DNA from: Antedon mediterranea
Taxonomy: Eukaryota; Animalia; Echinodermata
Reading direction: 5' to 3'
Assembly: GCF_964355755.1 (NCBI RefSeq)
Contig: NC_092672.1
Coordinates: forward strand, 6,200,001 to 6,264,000
Length of the DNA stretch: 64,000 bases
The notes beneath the pieces were generated by a model. It saw only the letters and a program-made list of their open reading frames with translations. It was not told the origin of the DNA and did not search any database. Shown here piece by piece: positions 13,552-26,326 of the stretch (positions are counted from its first letter, which is position 1; every line of letters begins with the position of its first letter). The position numbers and the translations under genes were made by a program.

Positions 13552-16500
13552 TCATGACTGGTAGAGTGACCAGATACTTATTAGGCTATCCTTGCCACCT
13601 ACCGCCAATAATTGACCATTATCAAATTCCGCAAGAGGGTACGAGAAGGCCAGACTGAGGATGCTCTCTGTATGGTAGTCTAGAACGGCAAGTGGTTTGC
13701 ATTTTTGAAAAGAAAATAAACGGATTCTAAAGAAAAAAAAAGATTGATTCAATTTAAAATTTTGCCAAAATTTATATTTATTTATAATACAAAAATAAAT
13801 TTGGTAAATTCATGCCATAAACACAAAAGTTTTGTCATGTTTTATCATCCAATCTGAAAAATGTTTTTGCCGAAAGATCATAGTTTGTCTACTAAACATT
13901 TTTGCTCTCTGCGAGTGAAATCAGTTATTGCAGGCGACGATTGTACACTGCATAGTCCTTGGGTGGTTTTTTGTTATCCAATAAAAAGCGTTTGTCTTTA
14001 GGTCCGGTGTCGTCAAAGATCCACTCGCAAGACTTTGCAATGTCTAGTATACATCTGTTATTCTAATTATTGACCATTTTTGGGATAAGGAATTATGGAC
14101 AGACTGTCCATAAGACTGTCAGTCTTTGCAGATTGGTCTCTAATTAGGAGAAATATTAATAACCAGCTATATTGTGTTCATTTAAGAAACTGAAGTGTGG
14201 TCTTTAATTGGAGGTATTTTTATTCAGATTCCTTAAGAGACTTGTATAGTTAATACTGTTTAAAAAAAAACTATACATACATTAAAGTAATTAACATTTA
14301 CCCACCTGTTATCCCATCCACCTGTAGTGAATATCTTATTATCTTGTCTAATCTTGATGTCAGATAAACCAGCATTTGTCAATTCATGCTCTTTAATTAC
14401 AGATATGTCCTAATAATATAAATATGAACTTCTGATATGTGAATAAAGAATGAGAAATTTCCGTAATATTGTGTTTTTTTTGTACTAATAATGGAATAGA
14501 GTTTTATGTCATTTATTGGTGTCATCATGAAGAAATTCCGAGACAGTCATCCAAAATGGACTCATAGGACAGGTTAACCCTATATTTGTTGTTTTTGGAA
14601 GGGGATAGTGGGGAAATGGTCTCCTCACTTTTTATTGGCAAATCCATTCAATGTAGTATATACAGAAAATTATCTAATATAATGGAAAGTACAGTGCTGA
14701 TATCTTGGCTTGGCTTAAATCGCACTAGAAACGTCTATCCTTAGTTTTAAGGGATTCAATAAGATAAAATAATTGCTTACGGAAGAATCAACATGCCAAA
14801 GTTTGAGAGAATTATCAACTGAACCTGATACACCTCTCATCGTGCTAGTGGAAAAATCAATACACATAACTGAAATGAAATTTAGTCATTATATTATTGA
14901 TATTACTATGACACTCATTTATATTATTATGAAATAATTAGTTATACATGCCATAATAAAAAATAAAATTATTATGAATTATATTTTAATATTTTCATCA
15001 ATTTATAGCTTGTACTATTGATTATGTATTCATAAAAATATGAATATCATTGTTGTAAAGATACAGAATGTATTATATTACAAATAGATTCATAATGCAC
15101 ATCAATACAGGGATTATCTTTAAGTGTTATTTATAAATAATTATATCTTGTATGACAATGCACTTTTATCATACAAAATGTACAATATGGTAGTTGTGTA
15201 GAGTGGGAAGAATAGGGACTTTAAGAAACACGACGGTTAGGGGAGGACGACGAATATCCTGTGTTTGCTAGAGCGCGTAAAATCATAAACCGTTGACATA
15301 GCCGTTTTATTAGTTATGCACCCTTGCGTGAAGATGACGACTTATTCATGCTGAGCTTCGCCCACTTTGTTAAAGCTCATGCATAAATTATTCATAAGAG
15401 CACCGTCCCGTGGCTTCCCGTCGTGTTTCATAAAGTACCAAATATTATAAGTAGGGCTTGCTAGAGGGAGCTTCTGTAAATGGGAGCGTGGCTTATGGTT
15501 AATATTATAACAAATATTTATTTGGTCATATTTTGTACTAAAATGTATTACCTGGTTCCGAATGCATTTTTAGTTTTGAAACCATTTCTTGCTTTTTGGT
15601 ATCCCACAATGCAACAGTACCATCCTCATAGCCAACTATTAGTTGATGATTTAATATCCATTTCATACACATTACCATTCCTATTTTATGAATTTTGAAA
15701 AGAACAAAAAACTTGTGGATTTTTTTTTTTTCAGCAAAGCTTAAAAGTTTTATATGGCAAAAAAAGTATAGATTGTGTCACTTACCATATGATTCTGGTT
15801 TAGTTGGTATCAAATTACAAATTGGCTCCCCTGTCTCTAAATGGAATAGTCTAACTGTTGCCAGTTCACAAGTTGGTGTTGCAAGAATGTGACTACCATT
15901 ATCTGTAAAGAAACATTTCCAATCAGAAACAGAAAATGTTCATTAATAAAAATTAATTAATTTTCAACTTGCCCAGCTTATCTTAACACTTGCCCTTCTA
16001 GGTGTATAATGAAAATTATTTAATACCAAAAAGTAAATGCAATTTTTTACCTTCAGAAGACAATGCACATTTACAAAAACTAACAGAGGTAACAGGAATT
16101 TTGTTGCGGACTTCTTGACGACCTTCTTTGAAGTCCCAGACACAAACATTGTTATCACGGCCTTGACTATATAAGAAAAGAGAAGAATTCATCAATATGC
16201 ATGCTATCTGATAAAAGTCACTTCTTGGTAATGTTAACTTGGAAGTTAAGTTTAATAAAGTCAGGTTCGTGGTACTCCATTTAAATAACCCACAATTATA
16301 CTGATTCAAACTAAACTTTTAAGATACCTTATTAGACTGTTTTCTCTGTATACTTTCACCCAGATGACAGCTTCTTTATCATGCCCCTGAAGGGTCTGCG
16401 CCACCCTCCTCGTTTTTAAGTTCCATAACTGTACCTCTCCAGTTGAACTTCTAAAAGAAATTTAAGTAACCACACATTAAAATAAAGTAAAATGATACAT

Positions 16501-16709
16501 AAAATAACGTTAAAGAAATCTGCTCCTCATATATTTATAAGAATAATTATACAGTTTTTTCAGATAGATGAATATTCAACTCACCCGGTAACTAGCATAT
16601 CTTGGTATGTTTCATCTTTAGTAGTATTGTGGTTCATAAATGTCATTGAATGGCTAAATCCATTTAAACCACGAAGTACAAATAATGGAGATGGTGATGG
16701 CCGAGTCAT
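13552..16709 (-). CDS. GNB1L: GNB1L / ASA1-family WD40 protein, 325 aa
   Basis: Exons 16709-16585, 16450-16328, 16166-16051, 15902-15786, 15680-15552, 14869-14781, 14409-14306, 13726-13552 (978 nt). Peptides MTRPSPSPLFVLRG, WNLKTRR, SQGRD, VGYEDGTVALWD, GGWDNRIRLF, PLAVLDYH, GGKDSLISIWSLY follow human GNB1L in order. Confidence 0.93.
15213..15441. mobile_element. MITE with AGGG termini (ISL2EU/Harbinger-like) in a GNB1L intron
   Basis: Imperfect TIR TAGGGACTTTAAGAAACACGACGG / CCGTCGTGTTTCATAAAGTACCAA; superfamily call tentative. Confidence 0.6.
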
Positions 16710-17308
16710 ATTTATTTTAATTTAGAAGTTTCGGAAAATTATGTTAAAATCTTTATTTAGAAGAAGTTTTTCCTGGATAAGTCTTTATTAAAAGATATAA
16801 AGAACTGGTCTACCACATCATTATATGTCTAGGCCAAAGTAATTCAACTGAAGACAACAACTTGCATGCCTCCTACTGCCTCCTGCTACACTCTAATTCA
16901 GTGCTTCAAATAGCAACCCCAAACAAAAACGAGGTAAAAGGCCTAACATAAAAGGTAAATTTGAGAATAAAAACCACTAAATATGCTATTTTCAGTGATT
17001 CTTTTGAAACACTATAACTAAATCTACCGATCTATATTGCTTTTAACAAACATTGTTCATTTGAATTTAGATATGCAGCAAATAAATTGTTAATTTCTTG
17101 TGCACATTTTGTAAACAAACTTGTTTAGCCAGTGCAGCACGTTATATTGTAATTGTAAAAACGAAATTACTACGGTCCAACAAGGTATACTGTGTTTCAG
17201 CTTGAAACTTTTCCGTATTTTTGCTTTCCGACTATTTGTAAATAATTGACGGACCGCGAGGACAACCTTGCATCTAAATCTTAAATTTCCATATTATTTC
17301 ATATTCAA
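16710..17308. promoter_or_regulatory. Putative bidirectional promoter GNB1L / PIGS
   Basis: Divergent start codons about 600 bp apart; transcription starts not mapped. Confidence 0.6.
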
Positions 17309-20300
17309 ATGGAACGAAAACTCAAAATAAAGATTGCTCCAAATATTAGGAAATATGGTAAGTATTTATCTACTTTGATCTAAGATTTTAATGCAATGTT
17401 ACGTGTCGTTAAATGGGCTAGGCCTCTTACCTAGGCTCAGCGAGGCAAAGAAATCTGGAGGGCTGCCGCACAGAAAAGCTTTGGTCGGTGTGTTGAATTA
17501 TGACTATGACTCTGAGGAAAACAGTAACTGACAGTTTTATATATTATTAGGTACTAATTTAATGGGTTAGATATGAACTTTTTTAACACGTTTATACTCT
17601 TGAATATTCAACCTGGTCTGCAATAAGAAAAGTGATAAAGCAAATACTCTTTATTTATAATAAAAAAAAAAAATTAAAAATACTGTCATAAAAGGCCCCT
17701 ATTTTTTTGGTTACTGTACAGGTATTATTTTATTATAAATGGGTACCACCAACATAACTTGTGATGTGTTTTTAATATTAATATACCAATCCATTGTATT
17801 TATTAGCTGAAGCTAACAAAAACTATGCAGCATTATCAGTGGCTTTGATTTGCTTAGTGGTTGGTGTACCAATGTGGTGGTCAACAACCACGACATATCG
17901 GGCAAGTTTGCCATATTCAGAAATAGACCAACTCGCTGCATCTAAGGTGAGATACATAAATGGCCTACAATTGCATATATGCACAAATGCACTTGTCAAT
18001 TGTATGACCCACTATACGACCCCCAGGAGAGGTGCGTCATTTGTGAGATGTTCATCATACCTTATGAATACCATGACTTACCTTTAGGTGACCATGACGT
18101 ACCCATTTTGACGCACTGTGACCACGTTGTTCATGATATGGTGGGTGGTAAAGTGACAGACATTGACACACCATTGTCCAATGATGTGACGTACCATCTA
18201 GGTTTTTTTAAGCATCCATGACGTACCTCTGGTCGTATAGTGGGCCATACAAATGACACATGCATTAGCATCGACAATAAAAAAATATTAATTAATTTTT
18301 GAATTATTAATGTATATTTCAGATAACTGTAGTCATACCTACAGATGTGTGGATTTGTCTTGAGCACACGCAGGTAGTAGATGCAACTTCTTACCGAAAA
18401 CTGGAACAGAAACTCAGTCTTGGTATGTTCTTGAATTATAGATTTATGAATTAAAAGAAATCTATAAAAAATAATTTCTTCTTTGAATTTTACCTTTGTT
18501 TTGTATTTTAAACAAAACTTAATTGTAAAATCAGTGAAATTAAACGTAGAAAGAAGTGATAATTTAATTAATTGGTATAAAAAAATTTATTAAATAAATA
18601 ACATCATTTGAATAAAAAAACAAATCACACATCTACACATAATCAAACATCGTATACACTATCTCTAACAATTTTTTCAAACTTCTGTCGACTAAAGCCG
18701 AAGTATAGTCAGCCATTGTATACTTAATATCTTTAAAACATAATTGATATCCTAATAAGAGGAAAACTTTGGGACAAAAGTAAGTTTCTACTTAGAGCTG
18801 TCCCCTGAATTGGTCATAAACTATTTTTCCCTTTTATTTGTTTGTTTCAAAGGTAAAGTATCAATTTAGTATGGGTGTTCTAAATTCTACAGCACTAAAT
18901 TATGTTTGTACATTGTATATGTTTTTAACCTTTAATCATTTTTCACTGTTAATCAAGGAATTGTAAGGCTTGGAGATCTTTCAATGAACTACAATATTTC
19001 AGTTCATGAATGTTCGGCAAAAACAACAAATATTTTATCAAAGAGCAAAACTATAAAAGGTAAGACAACTATGTAAAATAAAATGTTTTTAATGAACATG
19101 CTTAATAAATTCAATTTTGGCTAAATATTTACACTCCAGAATATCTTAAAACTCTCCCTAAACTCTTTTCTTCAGGTCCCAGACTATTTGTTATCATTAA
19201 ACAACACACATTCAGAATACACATTATCATCATTATTACTGTAGGCTAGCCCAATCTAAAGCCTTGTCTACACTATCAAACTTTATGACAAAAAATGTGA
19301 TGTGCCCATATATGGACATGATGATGTCATATCACTAACAGATTTGGGCATATCACTACCATATTTAGGCATATTTCTTCTGGTCAAACTAGTTTGATAG
19401 TGTAGACAGAGCTTAATATGGTTTCCAGTGTATTGGGAGAGTTGACTGCACTGTAACAGCATATCAAACTTGTGCTTTGATAGATTTTGATTCCGAGCTA
19501 GAAGAGACTAAAAAATTGGTAATGGGCAAGTCCAACGTCTATTTACTTTCTGAACGACGTTTTAATTCGACAAGTCAAATTATTGTGAGTCAAAATAGAA
19601 GAGGCTATGTAAAGTTTCAAAAAGGTATGCATCTGTTATAACAATAATAAGAAAACATACCCCCTGCCCCACCAACTCATCTCTTACACACATCTTTATA
19701 TTGTACCGTTATAAAATATGCTTCAATTATTGTATGGTATTTTGTGAATCGAACCCATAATCTTTAGATAGCTATTATGCCAACATATTGTGCCATCATA
19801 TTGTATTTTTAGACAAATGAGTTTGCATTTATCGATATAAAGAACTTGTAATTGTGTAATTATTGATTTTTGAAAGTAAATAATTTAATCTCTCTCACCC
19901 AGAATTAATTACATGTTACCATGGTGATATTGATTTGTTTACGTTATGAATTTAATTGAGTATTCTTTATTAACACATTATATATCAATTTACTATTATT
20001 CTTGTTTTACTTCCAACAGAAGATTTAGATAATACAGCCAGTGCTGTTTTGGGATTAGTTCGAGATGTGTTTACAAATGAAAATATAATTAACTCGTCTT
20101 GTTCTGCATCCAAAGAATATTCACATACAGAAGTAAGTCCCAAAACATCAATTGTGAAGTAATTAATTTAGTATAATAACAAATACAGATACAGATACAG
20201 ATACAGATAACTTTTATTGTCCAAATAAACTGGAAATTGCATTTGCTCACTTATCACATAAAAATATCGTATAAAAATATCGTATAAAAATAAAGTATAA

Positions 20301-23300
20301 AATGCAGAATAACAATATAAAAATACACAATGATTAAAAAAGTACATCATAAAATTACAGCTCAAAAACATTTAAGTTAAAAATACAGATCATTACAAAA
20401 CGGTTTAAAAAGTGTCTTATATTTCATTATTAATTATTATATTATATTATTTATTATTGTTATCAAAATTATTGTAGTTACCTCTTAAAGTCATCGTTAA
20501 ATTTTTTAATCCCAGCTGGGAGAAACGAATTTGAGTATCGACCCGTCCGCGCCAACACCGGCCTCAGTCTACCACTTCTACCAATGTGGCAGCGCAGAAG
20601 ATCCGAATGAAGGGGGTGGCTTTCCTCCTCCATGACCGCCTGTAAACCATTTTTCAAATAAAGATGAAATTGAAAAATCCTGTAAATATAATAATAAATT
20701 AATTTGGACTTTACATAAAAAAAAAAGGAATCCATGAAATAAATAAAATAAAAACTAATCAATAACTACAGATTAATAATAATTATTAGAATCATACTCC
20801 AATTATTAGTTTCGTTTTACATTGCATAGTCTGGGCTCCAGACGGAGTTTTGTCTTAATATTAGTAAAAATATAAATATTTTTGCACATATGGCGTTTCA
20901 TACGTGTATTACTTGAGTTTGGGTATTTTCAGACAAAAATCAAAACGACGACGTGTGGAATGACATAAAAAAGACAATAAATACAGACTTGGAGCAAGTC
21001 TATACATTGCATTACTATTAATTATTTAAAAAATAGTTTATCTTTTGTTTTTTTCACTTATTTTAAATAATTAAAAAAAATCTTGTGATGGTATTATAGG
21101 ATGACATAGACAGCATGAGAGCATTAAGGTCCAACCCAGGGTATGAACTTTCTTTTAACCTTTTGAACCCTGACCCAGCAAGTATACATTACACGTGGGA
21201 CATCGCAATTGGTATTCAATGTAAGTCCTATTTCAATGACGTTGAAAATGTACATCAATTATCTGAATATACAACAGCTTTTGACATATAGTACAGTACA
21301 TCGATATCAAAGTCTTAATATTTGACTTGCATTATTTTTTTTTATAGCGTATTTGCAACCATTTCTAGATAAATTATCTGAATTTGCCAATTTTGGCGTC
21401 GAGTCTCAAGTTCTATACTATACAAAGCTAGCAGTAAAGGCTAGGAAATCTGCAAATGTTAATGGCTATATATTGTCCTATGATCTTCTTCCGCATGTTA
21501 TCAACCCTATTGAAGCCAGGCTAGGTAAGTAACATTTGAATGAACTTCTTGATTGTGCAATAGGAAGCTTGACCTACGACCTACACATTAATGCGTTGTT
21601 ATTCGTCTGGACACACCAAAACTTGGTTGAGGAATCGAGTGAGAAAGCATTTCCCAATTATTATGATGTAAGACTAGATCCTAGAGTTACAAATCAGAGT
21701 CTTCCAAAGGCCATAGGCCTACCTATACTATCAAACTAAAAGAAACACTTATATTATTTTCAATACAGGTAGTCACATATCCACCAACCCTGATCTAAAC
21801 CACCGAACTAAAAAGAGAAACTTATTTATTTTATTTTTAATACAGGTAGTCACATATCCACCAACCCCGATTTAAACTTCATCGTTTATCTACCAACCCA
21901 ATCACAGTCCCCATTGTATGTGATGGATGCGGAAGGCAACCAAAGTCCATACAATGCCTTCCTAAGCCCTCGCTGGGGTGGTGTGTTAGTGTACAATACA
22001 CCAGAGGATGGTGAAGTTGATAACGAGGGTCGCCTGAAGGTTGACATGCAGGAGGTGATGGAGGTATTTGTGGGTCAGTTGAGGTTGCTAATTGGTATAC
22101 CTGATCAAGCAGTGAATGTTCTACATAGTAATGAAAACTGTGGAATAACCGATTGGGTCAGTAATCAAAGTAATTGTTTGAAAAATTTGGACAAAAATAC
22201 AGAGATTGAAGGGTAATATATTTGTTAAACATCAATGTATAGACAATAATTTAAAAGTTTAGGCCTAACTGTCTAAACTTAGCTTTGCCACACATGGACG
22301 ACATATTGAACCTTGATTGATGAGAAGAGCTGAGTGTTTGCGCATGCAATTAAAATCTGATGATGAAAATTAGAAGTTAAATTACCAAAATCCTGTACCA
22401 CAATATAGCATGTGTTTCCCTCTGGCCTTAATATACCAACTAATGGCGTGATACCTAAATGGAAAAGCTGTGAACTGTAAACTAAATAAAAGAATTTTCT
22501 TAAATAAGGAAGTGGATGTGTTGTTTCGGAGTAAGACATTGGAAAATATTGCATCAGCATCTTCAACTTTGACCTCTCTTTCTCAACTTCTAGCAAAGAT
22601 TCCAAACATGGTGATAAAGGACGATGTGGCTAAACAGGTGAATTAAAGATCTTGTTTTAAATCGTAGAGGGTGACATACTACATTTTACAGAATCAAGCA
22701 ACACTGAAATAAAAAGATTGTGAGGCTTTAACCCTGTCTACACTATCATTAACTAGTTTGACAAAAAAGTGTGATGTGCCCAAATATGGTAGTGATATGA
22801 CATCATCGTTTCCATATATGGGCACATCACAGTATCTCCAAAACATGAAGTAGTTGTTCATATTTTTAATTTCCAAAAACTGTATTGTGATTTTTTCCTT
22901 GTTCTAGGTATACAGTGCAGTGGAAATGATACAACTAAGCAAGAAATTCCTGGCAGAAGGCAACATTTATCGGGCTTTTCATGCTTCTAAGAAAGCAATA
23001 CAAACATCAGAAGAGGCATTCTTTGATTCCTCCTTGCTAGAATTACTTTACTTTCCTGAAGATCAAAAGTTAGTATCATTTATAAAAATCCAAACAAACA
23101 ATAAACACATGAGATGAGAATCTAAATCGAGATAGTCTATAGTAACTGAAAAGAAAAATAAAGAGATTAAAAATGTTTAAATGGTAGTAATCACGGAAGA
23201 AAGGTGGATACGCTGTATAAGCATGATGATAAATAAACAATTATCAGAATCGCCGAAATGTTACTTAATGAATCAAAAATTAAAATTGTTTATTTTTGTC

Positions 23301-23431
23301 CATTTCTCATCAGGTACGCAATATACATTCCGTTATTTTTACCCATCCTAATACCAATTGCCGCATCAGTGTACAAATCTGTGCTGTGGCTCAGAGGCAA
23401 GAAAAAGGAGTCAAAAGACAAGGAAGATTGA
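17309..23431 (+). CDS. PIGS: GPI transamidase component PIG-S, 553 aa
   Basis: Twelve exons: 17309-17357, 17807-17946, 18323-18422, 18958-19059, 19484-19624, 20020-20132, 21100-21220, 21348-21524, 21846-22156, 22509-22637, 22908-23068, 23314-23431 (1662 nt). Motifs [71 protein letters not shown]; C-terminal KDKED fits a KxKxx ER-retrieval signal. Exon 1 is the least certain. Confidence 0.93.
19260..19413. mobile_element. PIF/Harbinger-type MITE family A, complete copy
   Basis: TIR AGC(T/C)(C/T)TGTCTACACTATCAAACT / AGTTTGATAGTGTAGACAGAGCT with TAA on both flanks; internal GTGATGTGCCCATATATGG repeats. Confidence 0.85.
20180..20645 (-). mobile_element. LINE 3' fragment (Rex/Babar/L2-like) with (TATCTG)n tail in PIGS intron 6
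   Basis: HPLHSDLL..RSGRLRPVLARTGRYSNSFLPAGIKKFN resembles a LINE ORF2 C-terminus; microsatellite tail at 20184-20208. Confidence 0.7.
20827..21002. repeat. Unclassified interspersed repeat with a hairpin at each end
   Basis: Left TAGTCTGGGCTCCAGAC, right AGACTTGGAGCAAGTCTA. Related pieces at 53230-53302, 53819-53878 and 62635-62712. Confidence 0.65.
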
Positions 23432-23469
23432 AACAGAAAGGCGTCTGTGCAATACATTAAATGCTGTTA

Positions 23470-23851
23470 GGCCGATTTTTCACTTGGTGAATTTGTTCGC
23501 GCAAATCGAAAGCGTCATGCTATGCACATGCATATTTGAGTTTCTGTCTGTTATACTTTTTTACCCTTCTGCGACGAATTCTAGTTTCCTTGATTTTTTG
23601 CTTCAGCGAAATTTACTAGTTCGAAATGTTTCTACTTTTTGTGAATCAAAATATTGCGCAACCAATCCGAGCTCAGGAAATGAGCTATGACGCTTTCATG
23701 AGCACTCATGCGAATCGAAAAGCTCAGCAGTCACGCGAGGAAAATGAACATCGCAGCTATTCACTCATGTAGTAGAAAGAGAGTAGCGCAATTTTTTTCT
23801 CTTCGAGACGTTGGATTCACGCGAACAAATTCGCCTAGTGGAAAATTGGCT
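23470..23851. mobile_element. MITE family B, longer copy in the PIGS 3' UTR region
   Basis: Same TIR as 5132-5290, TTA on both flanks, begins about 40 nt after the PIGS stop. Confidence 0.8.
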
Positions 23852-24630
23852 TTAGGTCTCTGGGGCTGGATGGCCTAAATAGCATAATGTGCATATAGAT
23901 GTTTCTATGCAACTTTGATGGTAGCTATTACAAATGTAAATTTTTTTATAAAATGGGGGAACTAAATCTGACCAAAAAATGAAAGTTAACAGAGATCATG
24001 ACCTCCAAGAGCTAAAAACCAATTTTAAAAGCAATAAAGCAAAGATAGTCATTTGGAATTCCATTTCAAATAAGTTTGGGGAAAATGGAGAAAAATCATG
24101 CACTATTATTTAATAGAAAATGCAAGTAAAACAAGTTGAGGTGCACAAGGTGTGATGACATTGTTCCAGGAACTGTGATCAATTGTCATATCAATAAGCA
24201 AGCATATTCTCTGTACTGTATCTATACTTTTCCAGTATCATGCAAAGTAGTACAGTGTCACATATTTATCACATGTGACGCCAATGTTAAATTAGGCTTA
24301 TGGCCTATGAAAGAAGCATGGGCTGTGGCAGAGGCAGGATACAGCCAAAACATGTCATACATATGACAGATAATGCCATTCAGTACAGAGAATCAGGTAT
24401 TCAAGTAGTTTAATGTCATGAAGTACTTTTGTATGTATATTGTGTTAACATTATTTTCTGAATAAACTATAACAAACTCTCTTCTTTGACAAGTCATTGC
24501 ACATTTTAATTCATACCATGGCAGATTTTAAAATTATTTGCATCAGGCTTAATAATTCTACAGTAGTATTTATCATGCAAACACAGGCCTAGGTTAGAAA
24601 TGAGTGAGTTGTAAATGCAATAATCTGTTA

Positions 24631-24888
24631 AACTCTATCTACACTATCAAACATTATGTGCCCATATGATGGACATGATGATGTCATATCACTACCATAT
24701 TTGGTTGTACGATCAAAATGGTACTGGGTATGACCAACTAGTGTTCATGTTCCCAACTAATCATCCATTCCTAGAATTACTGATGAAGAAGTCAATCTGT
24801 GGCGACAATAGAATGGACCCAAGATCTGACTATCTTCGACTTTTAATATTTGGGCACATCAAACTAGTTTGATAGTGTAAACAGAGCT
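24631..24888. mobile_element. MITE family A copy with an internal insertion of another repeat
   Basis: Both TIRs, TTA on both flanks. Insert at about 24703-24845 matches the sequence at about 12065-12200. Confidence 0.75.
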
Positions 24889-25700
24889 TTACCCTTGCAG
24901 AGGCATGGATATTGATTACAAGATGCGATGCAAACACTATAAAACAACACATGATTTTCTGCGCATCGACGCAAGTGAGCAGATAACCATAATGCTTTTT
25001 TGTCTTTGCATCATCAAATGATTACATCAAAATCTGGTAAACATATCATACTTCTCAAATTCAGATTATATTCAACCAAACTGTATTTATGGGCGAGCAC
25101 AAATAAAAATATTTTACAATTTGGTAAACTCGCACAGAGTTTCTTAAGAAAGCTTATCTTTACGTATTCTATCTTTACTTTATAAGCAACATCAAATGAG
25201 TGTTTTAATACAGCTAAAAAGTCTTATACATTTAAACACATGGTTAAAAATATAAAGGTTGTAACTGGTTATTCAGATACATGTGTACAATACAGTTTTA
25301 TTATTAACATATTTACAGTATGCTAACATTTTTATACAGTCAATTTATTAGTGTCTACATGCCTTGAAAGCTATTTAGTACTATAATATTGGAAATAATG
25401 CTTTTTGATAATGCATATACCGTAAAATAGACCAATAGAGACTTAACTACCGTACAAGAACAGTTTCAGGAGCCTTGACGCTCATGTCAAGAAAAATGAG
25501 AAGTCTGTCCATAACAGTGTTAAAGAAACACTCAAATATGCTTTACTTGTCTTCGAAAAAAAAAAATAACAAATACTAATTATAGTTTCTCTGCTTTTAA
25601 AAAATTTACTTTCAATTAAAAACATATTCAATAACAAGATGATTGATATAAAGTTACGGTACACCGCATATGCTATTCACTCCTGAGGACGATCAAAGTA

Positions 25701-26326
25701 AATTTAAATTAAAGATGAGTAGAGTGTCCAGCTAAAAATACAGAAACCAAAATTTAAATGAAAAGTAAGACATAATATGTTCTCTATAAGAACTATAAAT
25801 TGTTGGAACTCTTTGCCAAAAAATGTGATTGAATCTCAAAATCTAAATAAATTTAAAACCGCACTGAAAAATCACAACCCGTTAAAATACAGCCCTTATG
25901 AATCAAAGAAGATTATGTTCTGATCAAGAGAGGCACAGAAGCATTAAAGATGTATTGTCCCCAAAAACATGAAAAATGAAGATTAATTAAATCAGACTTT
26001 GAATATGTTATGTTGTAGTTTTAATAAAGTTAATCACTTCCATAGAAAAAACAAAAACAAAAACAATTATGTTTTCACTAGTAAAATGACAAAATAAATG
26101 GTTAAATTCAACCAAAAATGCATTGGCTGGCAGCCAATTTGACCATTTTTTGCCTTCAATTAAATTTTTTCAGGTAAATACATATTTTTTCCATCCAATT
26201 TTTGGTCAAAGTGGATAACTATTATGTTGCTTTAAAATGGAATATTCAACCAAAATTGTTTTAAGAATTATTTTTTCAGGGGGACAATACATCTTTAATG
26301 TCTCAAAATCCAGGTAGATCCAGGTA
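25701..26326 (+). mobile_element. CR1-like LINE 3' fragment, interrupted by the Kolobok-type element
   Basis: VRHNMFSIRTINCWNSLPKNVIESQNLNKFKTAL; short-repeat tail CCAGGTAGATCCAGGTA resumes after the TTAA-flanked insertion. Confidence 0.7.
25948..26294 (+). mobile_element. Kolobok-type non-autonomous DNA transposon
   Basis: TIR AGATGTATTGTCCCC / GGGGACAATACATCT with TTAA on both sides; 5'-RR termini plus TTAA TSD are Kolobok hallmarks. Confidence 0.75.

Noticed and set aside
13537-13554. Possible stop-codon readthrough at GNB1L (TGA CAA TTT)
   Set aside because: Only a partial match to the CARYYA context and it would add just five residues.
17979-18221. 80-aa Cys/His-rich ORF in PIGS intron 2
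   Set aside because: No recognisable domain; overlaps loosely repeated ATGACGTACC-like sequence and is probably a repeat remnant.
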